Positions 49,280-61,700 of a DNA stretch of 64,000 nucleotides are shown one piece after another. The stretch spans positions 9,056-73,055 of the forward strand of contig MCFE01000451.1 of assembly GCA_002104905.1 (NCBI GenBank). The letters are read 5' to 3'. Within the stretch, counting starts at the first letter, position 1. Every line of letters starts with the position of its first letter. Below the pieces are notes generated by a model. That model was not told the origin of the DNA and did not search any database. It saw only the letters and a program-made list of their open reading frames with translations. The translations under genes and the position numbers were made by a program. Source of the stretch: Basidiobolus meristosporus CBS 931.73. Lineage: Eukaryota; Fungi; Basidiobolomycota.

Positions 49280-52200
49280 TGTGAGTACTAAATGCAGTAC
49301 CTACTCTTTGCCCAAGAGTTCTCCCCAGAGTCTTACCCAAAGTCCCCCAGTATCCTCCCGATGATTCCCCCACTTGCCCTCCCTCCCATCCCGGCCCTTA
49401 TCTAGTCAGAACACTTACCACAACAGGAAGATGTTCACACCCCTATTTTATAACACATTGTCTATTATCTAAGCCCCTGAGGGATATATATCTACCCAAT
49501 TGAACCAAGTAAGAGATCAAGGAGATTTGGGACAAAATAAACACAAGTCTTTATTACCTTGCTACCTTCTGTCGGAAGCTATTCTGAACCAAGTGGTACT
49601 GACTTGACCTACAAGCTCTCCCACTCACCAAGTACAGTCAGTAATAACCCACATATTTGGTGCCATCTCTGCAGAAATAAGCACAAGTGAGGTAATGACT
49701 ACTACAATCAAACTAAAAACATACAAGGGAAAGAGAGAGAAAGCCCTTGAGTGGTTTGATAAGTTTCAGAGAGTTGCGGTTGGTGCAGGATGGGATGACA
49801 ATAAGAAAGTAAGGGAGTTTGCAAGACATAAGGAAGGGTCAGCATGGCTATGGCATTATGGATTGGAAGACGCAGTTAAAGACAACTGGGATGCACTAGA
49901 AGAAGCCTACAAGACATGCTTTCTATATGCCAAAGGATACCACTACAAAGCCCTTCTACTGTCCTCACAGAAGAAAAGCAGTGAGAGCTATGAAGCCTAC
50001 ACTGAACTGTTCCTCCAACAAGTTCAATGTCTCACAAAGGACAAAATTGCCAAACAACAGCTCATGAGGTATTGCATCATGGGCTTAGACAACAAAATAA
50101 GACGTAGGGCATCCAAAGAACAACAGGGATGTAAAATGCTGCAAGAGCTGGTCAAACAAGTGCAAGGGGTCATCTTGCTATGGGGGCTACCCTATAGCTA
50201 TACAAATGATTGAAGGACAGGGATCCCTTCTAAGAAAGGAGAAATTGCCTCCCCAAAAGACCGTGAGTTAGAAGAATTACGGCAAAAGGTCCAAGAACTC
50301 TCAATCAACAATGTCCAAGTAGTACCCAAAGAAAGTGATAAACTCTGGGAAGCTGTTGAAGATCTAAAGACCCAGGTACAAGCCCTGACCCAACAGATGG
50401 AACAACCGCAACAACAGTATCCGTGTTATGTGTGTGGAGAAGTAGGTCACTGGGCCCACAAATGTGAAAAACGGTACGGACAAGAAGCCGTACCGGACAC
50501 AAAAGGGAAGAAGGCATCAAAAGACAGAGTCCCTTGCCAGGAGGCCAATGGGACTCAGTCAATCTAAGCCCTCCGGTCAGGACAGACAAAGTGCAGAAGA
50601 AGAAGCATTGACATGATGCTTCTAGAGAGGAGGCAAAGGAACCTGTAGTAGAGGCTCTGTTAAAAGGAAAGAACGCGGAATTAGGTGAAGAAGTACGGAA
50701 TGAGCCTTGGGAAGAAGTGTTAAAACGGACAAAGAACGCTAGCATGTCTTCCCATGGCCTATTCCCCATAATGAAAGTACTAGAGCAAACCAAGGCAACC
50801 CTCCCAATAACCAACTTACTGGGACTTGCCCTGGCTCTAGTCAAGGAACTGATAGAGGGATTGAAGGAGATAACAACCCTTCATGTCAACCAGAGGGTCC
50901 TGCAAAAACCAATTAAAGGTACATACGTCAAGGTACACTTGTGCAAAATGATGGGCGTGAAACAGGTCTTCACGGCCACGTATCACCCCCAGACCAACAG
51001 ATTAACTGAGAGGATGAACCAGACGTGTTGCCGCATACTAGAGAAGCTCCACTGGGAACTACCCCAATCATGGGCCAAGCTACTCCCACTAACACTCCTA
51101 GCAAGGTGTACAATACCAAATAAAACAACAGGTTTCTCCCCGTACAAAGTTCTGTACGGATAAAGGCCCAAGTGGTGTGAAGAAACTGGATTGATGATGG
51201 AAGGTGTCCCCTTGACAACAAATAACAACTATGTAGAAAGGTTGATACACCGTATTGCCCACCTATACATAAAAGTATTTGAAAATGTCAACAAGCACCT
51301 TCCCCCTCCACCCAAAAATGAGAAACTAGCGGGACAAAAGTGGAAACCAGGCAATAAAGTGTGGTACAATCAAACCGTTGCAGGCCTCAAGTTTTGCCCA
51401 CAATTTACACCCCAATGGATTGGCCCTTGCACCATCATTAGCTTGGACCACGGGCCAAAGTACACCATTACCCTGAACAACAAGACAATCTGCAATGTAG
51501 CACCAGCCCATCTGAAACCATTTCATGATGATCCACCAATCATCACTGAAACCAAGGTGTGATTAAACAATTATCAGGACAAGGATAGAGCAAGATACGG
51601 GATACATACAAAGTTTATTAGAGGAGATTTTAGGCAATATAGGCACAAATGATATGCACAAGGAAGTTTGCTCAAAAGGGAGAACAAAAGAATGTATATG
51701 GAAAGTGCCAAAGGAAACAGTTCACCCAAAACTGGCAATACCCCTCCCACCAGCAAGAACCAAGATGATATCAACAACAAAACCAACCTGCAAGTGTTGA
51801 GAGATATGGTACAAGCGTTATGTGAGACAAGAGCCACCTATGAAGAGTTGTTTGCTGGAGCAGTCACATTGATACAAGACACAATCAGAGAGGGACAAGA
51901 CAAGTTACCCACACCAATACAAAGCATGCAGATACTACCCAAGAAGACAGTATACCACCTAAGAGGAGGTTCCTTGATCATTCAGGAGAAGGATGCCGCA
52001 CTGATTCCTGTATCCATACTGGACACAGTCAGACTGAAGACACAAGGAATCAACTGTTGTGCCCTCACAAGACCTTGAGAGCCCCCCTGTTTTGTTGCAT
52101 ACTTGCCATTGATAGGTACCATGGTTGTTGAGGTATATGCAGACCTGGTAGAAGCAGCAAGAGCACCAGAAGTAGAGCTCCTGATCAAAGAACTCCTCCA

Positions 52201-53280
52201 AGAAATTTGCAAACATCTCAAACCGCACTTTCAAGAAGGAACCATCTTAGAGAAGATACGCAAACGGATTAAATACACCGGCCAGTTAACCCATGCAATC
52301 CACCAAGTTGCTGTGTTACAACTATTACAGTGGTTTACCATAGGATAACTCAGGAACCAGTACAAAGTCCAACTCCAAGAAGCCGAAGAAACCGCCGCAG
52401 ACTCTGTAGAAACCATGAGGCAAGTACAAAAGCGCCTCAATTGCGCCACAGTTTCTACAGAAGAACTACAATACGTCTTGGAAGAAGCAAAAACTTGTTG
52501 CCAACAACAGGTGACTGCCAACCAAGTGTACGCCCTCTTCAAAAGGTCCCCCGCCGTTGTATAGAACACAAAAAGGACAATCCCCAACAACGTTTGCAAG
52601 ATAAAGAAACAAGACTTTATCGCTCTATTGCACCTTTTCTTGTTCTCCAACCCTCCCAAGGAACATGCCCAGCACGCTATGGTTTGCCAACTATTTGGCT
52701 CTGTGGAAAATATCCCTTGAGCAATGCAAGCTGCACCCCACTCTGCCGCTGAATGGTATCAGGTATTTGCCTGCAACCCCTTTGCACGTGGCAACCAGCA
52801 ATGGTACTATGGAGACTCCCCATGCTCCATGAGCAAAATTGACCCTGGAGAAGCAAGTTAGTCAAAAGAACTTTGAGGACAAAGCTCCCTCTTAACCCCC
52901 AGGATATGTGAGTACTAGATGCAGTACCCACTCTTTGCCCAAGAGTTCTCCTGAGAGTCTTACCCAAAGTCCCCCAGTATCCTCCCTATGATTCCCCCAC
53001 ATGCCCTCCCTCCTATCCCTGCCCTTATCTAGTTAGAACACTTACCACAACAGGAAGGTGTTCACACCCCTATTTTATAACACATTGTCTATTATCTAAG
53101 CCCCTGAGGGATATATATCTACCCAATTGAACCAAGTAAGAGAACAAGGAGATTTGGGACAAAATAAACTCAAGTCTTTATTACCTTGCTACCTTCTATC
53201 AGAAGCTATTCTGAACCAAGTGGTACTGACTTGACCTACAAGCTCTCCCACTCACCAAGTTCAGTCAGTAATAACCCACA
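49280..53280 (+). mobile_element. Gypsy-Z: non-autonomous LTR element with gag, partial integrase and an extra ORF
   Basis: 374 bp LTRs at 49280-49653 and 52907-53280 (~16 differences). TSD GTCAC on both sides. PBS TGGTGCCATCTC at 49658-49669. Gag from 49695 with CYVCGEVGHWAHKC, and an integrase remnant TYHPQTN...WIGPC. No PR, RT or RH motifs. Confidence 0.93.
51692..52861 (+). pseudogene. Extra (env-position) ORF of Gypsy-Z, 390 codons with four in-frame stops, unknown product
   Basis: One frame runs from ATG 51692 to TAG 52859-52861 with no frameshift. Stops are at 52076, 52346, 52562 and 52718. Confidence 0.7.
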
Positions 53281-55757
53281 GTCACTATGTGTCCCAGATA
53301 TTCAACATGTTCCTTGAAGAATTCACACTTGGGTAGCTTGCCATAAAGCTTGTTCTCTCTTAGCTTCTTCAAGACCTTTTCAATGTGCACCAAGTGATCC
53401 TCTTCTGTCTTGCTGTATATCAGTATATCATATAGGTAGAGTATGACAAACTTGTCTAAGTACTCCTGGAAGACAGTCTGCATCAGGGTCATGAATGTTG
53501 CAGGGGCATTTGTGAGGCCAAAACTCATGACTAAGTACTTGTAATGTCCATATCTGGTCCTGAATGCTGTCTTAGGGATGTCTTCTGGCTTCACCCTAAT
53601 CTGGTTGTATCCCGACATGAGGTCAATCTTGCTGAAAATAGTGGCTCCATTGAGTTGGCCCAAGAGCGCATCAATCCAGGGTATGGGGTACTTATTCTTC
53701 ACAGTAACTGGGTTGAGGGCTCTGTAGTCAATGCACATCCTAAGTGTTCCATCCTTCTTCTTCACAGAAAGTACTGGTGCTCCCCAATGTGACTTGCTGG
53801 GTCTGATATATCCTTGCTCCAGTAACTGATCTATTTGTCTCTTCATCTCTTCCAACTCCAATGGACTCATTCTGTAAGGTGTTTTACTCACTGGAGGGCT
53901 ATCTCCTGTTTCAATGGCATGATCCACATCTCTGACTGGTGGTAGGCTTACAAATTCTTCTGGAAATACGTCTGAATACACCCTCAAAGGAGTCTGGACC
54001 TTCTGGGGTACTGGAGTCAAGGAATCCTCCTGTAATACTGCCATGAGGAACATCTGCGTGCCTTTTCTTAGTGCTCTACAGAACTGTGTCTTGCTAAGCT
54101 CACTTGTCTCACACATACTGGAATTGACCAAGCTGAAATCCAGTCTGGCAGGTAATAGCTCATAGGTCTAGTTGTCCTTCTGGAACTGAGTAGCATGTGT
54201 TCACCAGTTGATTGATGGATTACAAGAAAATAGCCAGGTTTTCCCAAGTACAAGGTCAAACTTGCAGCTCCCAAATATATAGGCCTGTAGATCTTCTTCA
54301 TAGTCATTGATCTTCATCCCTACTGGCTGAGTAATATGGTTGATTATGTGAGAGTTCCCATCAGCTGTTGAGACTGAAGTTGATTTGGTGGGTTCTGAGT
54401 TGATTCCAGCTTTCAGAGCATATTGCTCTGACATGTACTCATGCGATGCTCCTAAGTCAATCATGATCTTGGCAGGTACTCCATTGATTACTCCATTCAA
54501 GTATAGTAGCTTTCCTGAGTTTGAGGTCATCTGGGATAGGTATTCTTCTGTCATGTGGAAGGTGATTTCTGAGTCTTCTTCAAGTTCATCCTCCATGTTA
54601 CTATGCTCCATGGCCTCAATATGGTTAAAGACTCTTGATGGCTGGTGTCCATTTCTTCTCTGAGGGCAATACTTTGCAATATGTTCTTGCTGGTGGCAAT
54701 TGAAGCAAAGTCCTTTCTTCTCACATTATTCTGTGGTAGGATTCTTCTGCATAGCGTCTATTTCCATTGGCACTGCTTCTGATTGTCTTCTTTCATAGTG
54801 ATTGTAGCCTCTCTGATTAGTCATTGTGGGCTTCCCAACTCCAAATATGGCTGAGTCATATTCAATAGCAATCTTGATGGCTTCTTCAATAGTCTGAGGT
54901 CTTCAATAATTCACTTCTTACAAGTTCTTTCTTTCAACCCATCAATCAAGTATTCAACTTGATCCAGAGGGTCCATTCTTTCAATTTGCCCAAGTAGACA
55001 TCTATATTCATAGATGTACTCTTGGACCATTCCTTTTTGTCTGAGTGTCTTCAACTTTCTTCTCAGTTGTGTCTGTTGTTGTGGGGGCTCAAAGGCATCC
55101 TGAATTTCCAACACAAACTCATCCCAGGTAGAGATTGTGGAGCATCCCATCATGGTGGCTGACCTGATCTTGCTGTGGTACCACTGCAAAGCTGCGTCTG
55201 CCAGGTAAGAGGCTGCATAATGCAACTTGCTTTCTGGAGCAATTCCTTTAGCCTTAAAAGCTTCTTCAATCTGGAAGAGCCAAGTTCCCAGTTTTTCATT
55301 GACTCTACCATGGTACTGGTTGACCTTCACACCAAAGTTGCTCTTGACGGGGTTTTGTTGGCTTTGAGCCATGGTAGTCATTCCTTGTTGCTGCTGGCTC
55401 AGGATCTGGAGTAACTGTTGCTGCTGGGCCAGGATTTGTTGCATAGCATTCTTCCATTCTTGATTTTCCGACATCTTGAGGGAGGCTTCTTCTTTCTTCA
55501 GGAGGGATGTTTCTGGTTATTGCTGCTACCAATGTTTCAAGTCTTGGTATAGGAGTTGTAGAAGAATAGGGAGTTTAGTTAGTATTGTATTCATTAAAAC
55601 TTGAACTGATCTTTATTGAGGTTCCAGCAGTTCCTCGTATACATTTTGTCAGATCAATTGCTGACTGATTGTATTTCCTAATGTGGGTTGTGGCTGATGA
55701 CTCATTTGATTGCATCATCATCACCTAATAAGATCCTACTTAATAGACTTGTTCCGT

Positions 55758-58700
55758 TGTAGTGGGGTCACAGTGACACCCACAGGCAGATGTGCTCATT
55801 CTTATGCGTTCACTTCCCTAAAAAGGATTACCCCGCCTATATTATTATCATCCCAAATTTGCAATATTTCCTATTTTTGTCTATGTGATTATTACTATGC
55901 AACCTGACAAACTATTTGTCACTATTAACCCATTGCACAAGCTATTCTTATTCCTTGCCGAGATGCCAAGATAAGATAGTTACCTTATAAGGCAAGTACC
56001 CCAACAGTGCCCATGTCACGTGACCATCTTGGTTTCATAATCCCCCATCTCACTACCATAAGAGGCAACCACATGACGCAGAGGTTTCATGTTACCACTA
56101 CCTGATTGGCTAGGTGCTACTATGTCTCATGGAACAATCCGCCAAGAATTTGCGCTATTTTTAGTACACAAAGACATGATTGGTTGTCTACTACCTTCTG
56201 GAAACTTCCGGAAAGTATTTTCTAGCAAGAAATTGAGCAGCAAAAAAGTATATAAGGGAGGCTATCCCTTAAAATAAATCATCCCTCTTCCAATATTCCA
56301 ACTTATTGATTAGTGAGATCACTGCTACCTATTACCACTATTTTCTGACTCAGACCTGACGATACTCCCAGGAAACCGCGCTGACAGCCAACTGACCTTG
56401 GAGGCACTACTTGTGAGGAATACTCAGAGTAGGTATATTTTATTATATTGTTTGTTTTCCCAAGTTTGTTCTTGTACAGGCAAAGATACTTTTCAGTCTT
56501 TGTAACTATTGGTCAAAGCTGCATTCTTATCAAGTCCCTGTTGGTGGAGTATACAGTTGTTTTGACTTTGGAAGCTTTAGTACATTGTCATCTCAAAGGA
56601 CGTCAAAGCCATTATAAACTTTTGTTAAGACGCCAACTAAGTTGGGGATTGTAGTTCAATAGTTTTCTCTTGACAAACTTGAGGCTTTATCCCCCATCAC
56701 ATTAGATTAGATAAAGGACCCAGTATTCCTAGCAAGCTTTTGCCAGAGGTTATTGCACCCAGTGAACACCCCACACACATTCACACTTGAGAAGTGTTGG
56801 CCGTATTTTGCCTTTTGGACTTATACACCACCACATATTTGGCACCCAACGTGGGGGGTTCATACAAGCTCCCTAGGACCCAACAAGATTTACTTGAAGA
56901 TTTGAGCCGTCACCCATTTATTGAAACAAGACTACCAATATTATCAAGACTATAACACCAACCTACGTACCCAAAATGAACTCTATGCCGTTACCACTCT
57001 CACATGGAGCCCCACAGCTTGATGGAAAGAATGTGGAGAGCTTCATATTCAAATGGGAGAAGCTCTGCAAGATGTGCAGCCTATCTGAACAAGAAATGGC
57101 TGAAGACTTCCCCTACTACTGCACTGATGATATTACTACCAAGCTTCTCAGACAAGGAGACATTCTGACTGACTGGACCTTAATGAAGACCTACCTACAG
57201 ACCGAGTATGGCAGACCCCACATATACTATGGAATTGAAGACCTCAGACACTTTGGGAGGATGGGACTCTCCAAGCTACTAATTGAAGAGTTCATTCAAC
57301 AATATGAAGATATGGCCAAGCCACTCCTAGAGTCCCAGGCGATAACTGAGTTTACCATGACACTTTACCTTGCACAAGGGCTTCCCCAGGAATTAGCAAG
57401 GAAAGTTGACCTACATGCAGCCAAGGATGACAAGTCTGGCATTCCTTGCTTTGCAGAGATGAAACGTGTACTCCTAGAGGCAAAGCAAACTTCTACCTTT
57501 ATGAGACTCCTGACATCTAATCTGCCAGACCAACCAACTAAGGAGCCAAAGAGTGCTGTTGCTGACAATCAGACCTACACTACCAACAGAATTGACCAAC
57601 TTGCTGAACAGCTACAAAAGCTAGCCCTCAAGATTAACGGCTCAGCCGAAGTAGCTACTGAGGGCCAAAGAGCTCTGCCTAGACACTGCATTTGGTGTGA
57701 CTCTACTCAGCATGCCAGACGTGAATGCTCAGAGCTTAGCCAGCTACTTAGAGAAGGAACAGTACAGTTTGATGCTGATGGAATGCTTGCTGATAAGGAA
57801 GGAAAAAGGATTCCCACTAATTTCCGAAGAGGCGGAATGAGAGCCCTTTTCCAGAAGTCTGACTCAGCAACTAGAAAGATTACTGTTGATGCCCCTATTG
57901 AGACTCATACAGTGAGTCCAAACAGCCCTGACAACAGAAAATACGAAGTAGACACCTTTGCTACTAAGAGACACCTTCCTGAAGAACCTGTCAAGCCCAT
58001 CCTTAGAAGACCACGATTTGAAGAGCCTGAGGTTATCATTGACAAGAGGCCTGGAACACTGCCCACCCAAGACCCATTACCTCACTTTCAGATGACCTCA
58101 AAGATAGCAGGCTACTCAAGCCCCCAATTGATTACTGAGAAACTGCTGAAGCAGAACCTCACTTTGTCAGTTGGAGAAATCATGAGTGTATCACCGTCTG
58201 TTAGGAAGACCTTTGATGAGCAGCTTAGAACAAGAAGACAAGCTGTTGAACATATGGACACCCATATAATCCAGACAAGCCATGAAGACCACAAAAAGGA
58301 TGACAACGCTACCAAATATAAGACCTTTTACTCAGTTGCAACTGCTGTGGTGAAAGGGTATATATATGATGACCCTGTTGACTGCCATATTGACAGTGGT
58401 TCAGAGATTTGTGTTATGCCGCTAGACTTCTGGAAGACACTTAGAAGCAAGGAGCTACTGCCTGTTGATAGAGATATTGGATGGAACATGACTGATGCAA
58501 ACTCAGGGTCTAGCCCACTCTATGGTGTAGTGCACAAGTTCCCTATTGAGGTACAAGGAATCAAGGTTTGGCTTCCCCTCTTTATCTGCCAGAAGGCAAA
58601 CTTTGACCTTCTGTTAGGCAGACCATGGGAGACCAGTACTAAGGCTACAACTACCAACTATTCTGATGGGTCAGTGTGGTACACTATACAAGGATCCAAC

Positions 58701-61700
58701 CCAGGACTACAGTCAACATTCTGTGGGGTAACACCCAACAATAAGAGGACACATACCGCTTGCCAGAAGACACATCTTGTTATAGAAGATGAGGAGCCTG
58801 ACAGTATACACCCTAACAGTTGGAGCTACTCATTAGGTATACAGGAGCAGACAGCTATGGTTTGCACAAAATACAAGACAGTGGAACAGAAGATTAGACC
58901 ATCACTTACGCCTTTAACTGATGGGTCTCGACCTGCTGATTACATCAGACCACCAGAAGGAACACCAGAAGATATACGACTTACACCTGAGAGACTTAAG
59001 CAACTTATCGTTGGTGATGGAAACCTAACACCGGAGGAGATCTTACTATTTGAAGAAACCCTGAAAAGGCATGATAAGGTTTTCTCATATAACGACAAGG
59101 AGATGGGACTCTTAAAGACATCGGTTGAAAAACCTATCAAAATTCATACAGTGCCCCACACACCCTGGTCATTTAAGCCTTACCCACTGCCTAGAGGACT
59201 CCAAGCTGATGTGCATGACCTACTTAAGAAGAAGATTGAAGCTGGTATCCTAGAACCTTGCCATGGACCTTATGCTAACAGATGGTTTGTGACCAAAAAG
59301 AAGAATGGGAAGCTCCGATTCATTCAAGACATGCAACCTGCAAATGCTGTCACTATCAGAGATGCTGCAATACCTCCGTCTATTGATGACTTTGCAGAAA
59401 GCTTTAGTGGTCACTCCATCTACTCAACATATGATCTCTACTCAGGATACGACCAGATTCCCCTAGATGAGACATCAAGAGATATGTTTGCACTCCAGAC
59501 ACCATTTGGACTGTTAAGAATGACAAGACTTAGCCAAGGGGCAACAAACTCCGTGGCTCAGTTCCAGCGGTGCATGGTAAATGTGCTCTACCAGTTTATA
59601 CCTGAGAAACTTGCTGTCTTTGTTGATGACATAGGCATCAAAGGACCAAAACTCCGGGACACAACCGAAGTTATGCCTGGAGTAAGAAAGTTTGTCTATG
59701 ACCATATTTCAGACAATGATGCCATATTAGGAGCCATTGAAGAAGCTGGACTCACCATCAGTGGTGAGAAAAGCAGCTTTGGTGTATCAGAGATATCCAT
59801 TGTTGGACAAAAATGCAACACCTTTGGTCGTTCACCTGGAGACTCGAAGACACAAAAGATATGCAACTGGCCTACCCCCACAAATCTAACACAAGCTCGT
59901 GGCTTTGTGGCAGCTTGTGGGTTCTTTAGGATCTGGATCCCAAGATTTTCTGAGATAGCAGAACCAATCTACCGACTACAGAGAAAGAATGCCCCATTTA
60001 GCTGGGGAGAAGAGCAAGAAGAAGCCATGCAATTACTAAAAGAGGCCTTAGTATCTCCACCAGTTCTGAGACCTCTTGACTATCAGAACACTGAATGCCC
60101 ACCTATCTTGACGGTGGATGCAAGCCCTGTAGGAGCTGGAGCACTACTTGGCCAAGATGATGAAGATGGTAACCGCTATGCCTGCAGATATGAGAGCTGC
60201 CTCTTCTCTCCTAGAGAACAAAGATACTCACAGATTAAGAGAGAGCTACTAGGAGTTGTGAAGATGCTGAGAAAGCTGAAGTCACAACTCTACATGACAC
60301 ATTTCATCCTGGAGACAGATGCTAAGCCACTTATAGGAATGATCAACAAACCTGATCTACCTGATGATGCCACAAATTGGTGGATGGCATGGCTGAAAAT
60401 ATTTGACTTTGAGGTCAGACATATCCCTGGCAAGACAAATGTTGTGGCTGATGCACTCTCCAGGAAGGGACCACAGTTGTCTGAAGATATGGACCCTGAC
60501 TTTGATGACATAATTGATGCAGAAATCCGACAAATACACGTGAAGAAGCCCAGCAACTCTACGTGGAACACCATTCAAGACTATCTGAGAACCTTAGAGA
60601 AGCCACCAGGAATGAGCCCACATGATTTCAGAAAGCTCAGGAAGAAGGCCCATCATTTCTACATAAAAGATGGCCTCCTCTTCAAACAAGTAAAGCCTGG
60701 ACAGACACCAAGAAGAGTTATAGTTGAGCCCCAGGAACAACTGACTATTATGTCAAGCCTTCATGAAGGAAGACCCGGTGGTCATAGAGGCAGAGACGCC
60801 ACTTACAATGTTGTTTCCAGTAGGTACTACTGGGAGCATATGTATCATGATGTCCAACACTTTGTTGAATCTTGTGACATTTGCCAAAGAAGGTCAACCA
60901 AGAGATATGAGGAGCCGCTCCATCTAACCTACACACCTTGTCTATGGCAGAAGGTTGGCATTGACCTGGTCCACATGCCAACTGCTGGAACCAAGAAGTA
61001 CCTTGTTGTTGCCAGAGATGATCTGAGTGGGTGGGTAGAAGCTCAAGCCCTATCCAATAACAAAAGCCACACCATATGGAGATTTATTCTTGAAGATATA
61101 ATATGCAGATTTGGCTGCATCAGCCAGTTTGTTGCTGACCGAGGAGAAATGACTTCAAATTGGATCCAGGAACTCTGCTCACAATACAAGATTCATATTG
61201 CTTTCACCACTGCTTATCACCCACAGGCCAATGGAATGGTTGAAAGAGGCCATGGCCCATTGGTTAACTCCCTAGTCAAGAGCTGCAACAACATGACACT
61301 ACAGTGGCCTAGACAACTTCATCTAGCACTCTGGGCAGATAGAATCACTACAAAGCGCAGCACAGGTCTATCTCCATTCAAATTGCTTTACGGACATGAT
61401 TGCGTTCTTCCCATAGAGCTTGACTCAATATCCTGGAACATGCTAGAGTGGAGAACTACAATGAGTACAGAAGAACTACTGACTACACGCATCAAACAGC
61501 TTGATCACCATGAACTTGATATTACCCAAGCAGCTGCTAAACTCAAAGAGACAAGACTTCAGAACAAGGAACCATTTGACAAGTCACATAGCCTTAGACC
61601 AAAACCATTACTGCAAGGAGATCCAGTACTGCTCTATGATTCCACTTTAGACAAGCAGTGGAGTCGCAAATTTGACAATAAGTGGTCTGGCCCATATATT

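Larger units (their letters stand above)
46960..55744 (-). mobile_element. Gypsy-X copy 1 (tRNA-iMet-primed Ty3/gypsy), split by element Z; 5' LTR 55533-55744 truncated, 3' LTR 46960-47327
   Basis: Gag 55474-54660 with a CCHC-like knuckle, [21 protein letters not shown] (53281-54131), RT/RH 48476-49279 (TDAS, HEKEMLAI) and INT 47654-48337 (GIDFIG, SDRG, HPRTNG, WTGPF). PBS TGGTAGCAG at 55523-55531 and PPT at 47328-47341. Confidence 0.93.
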
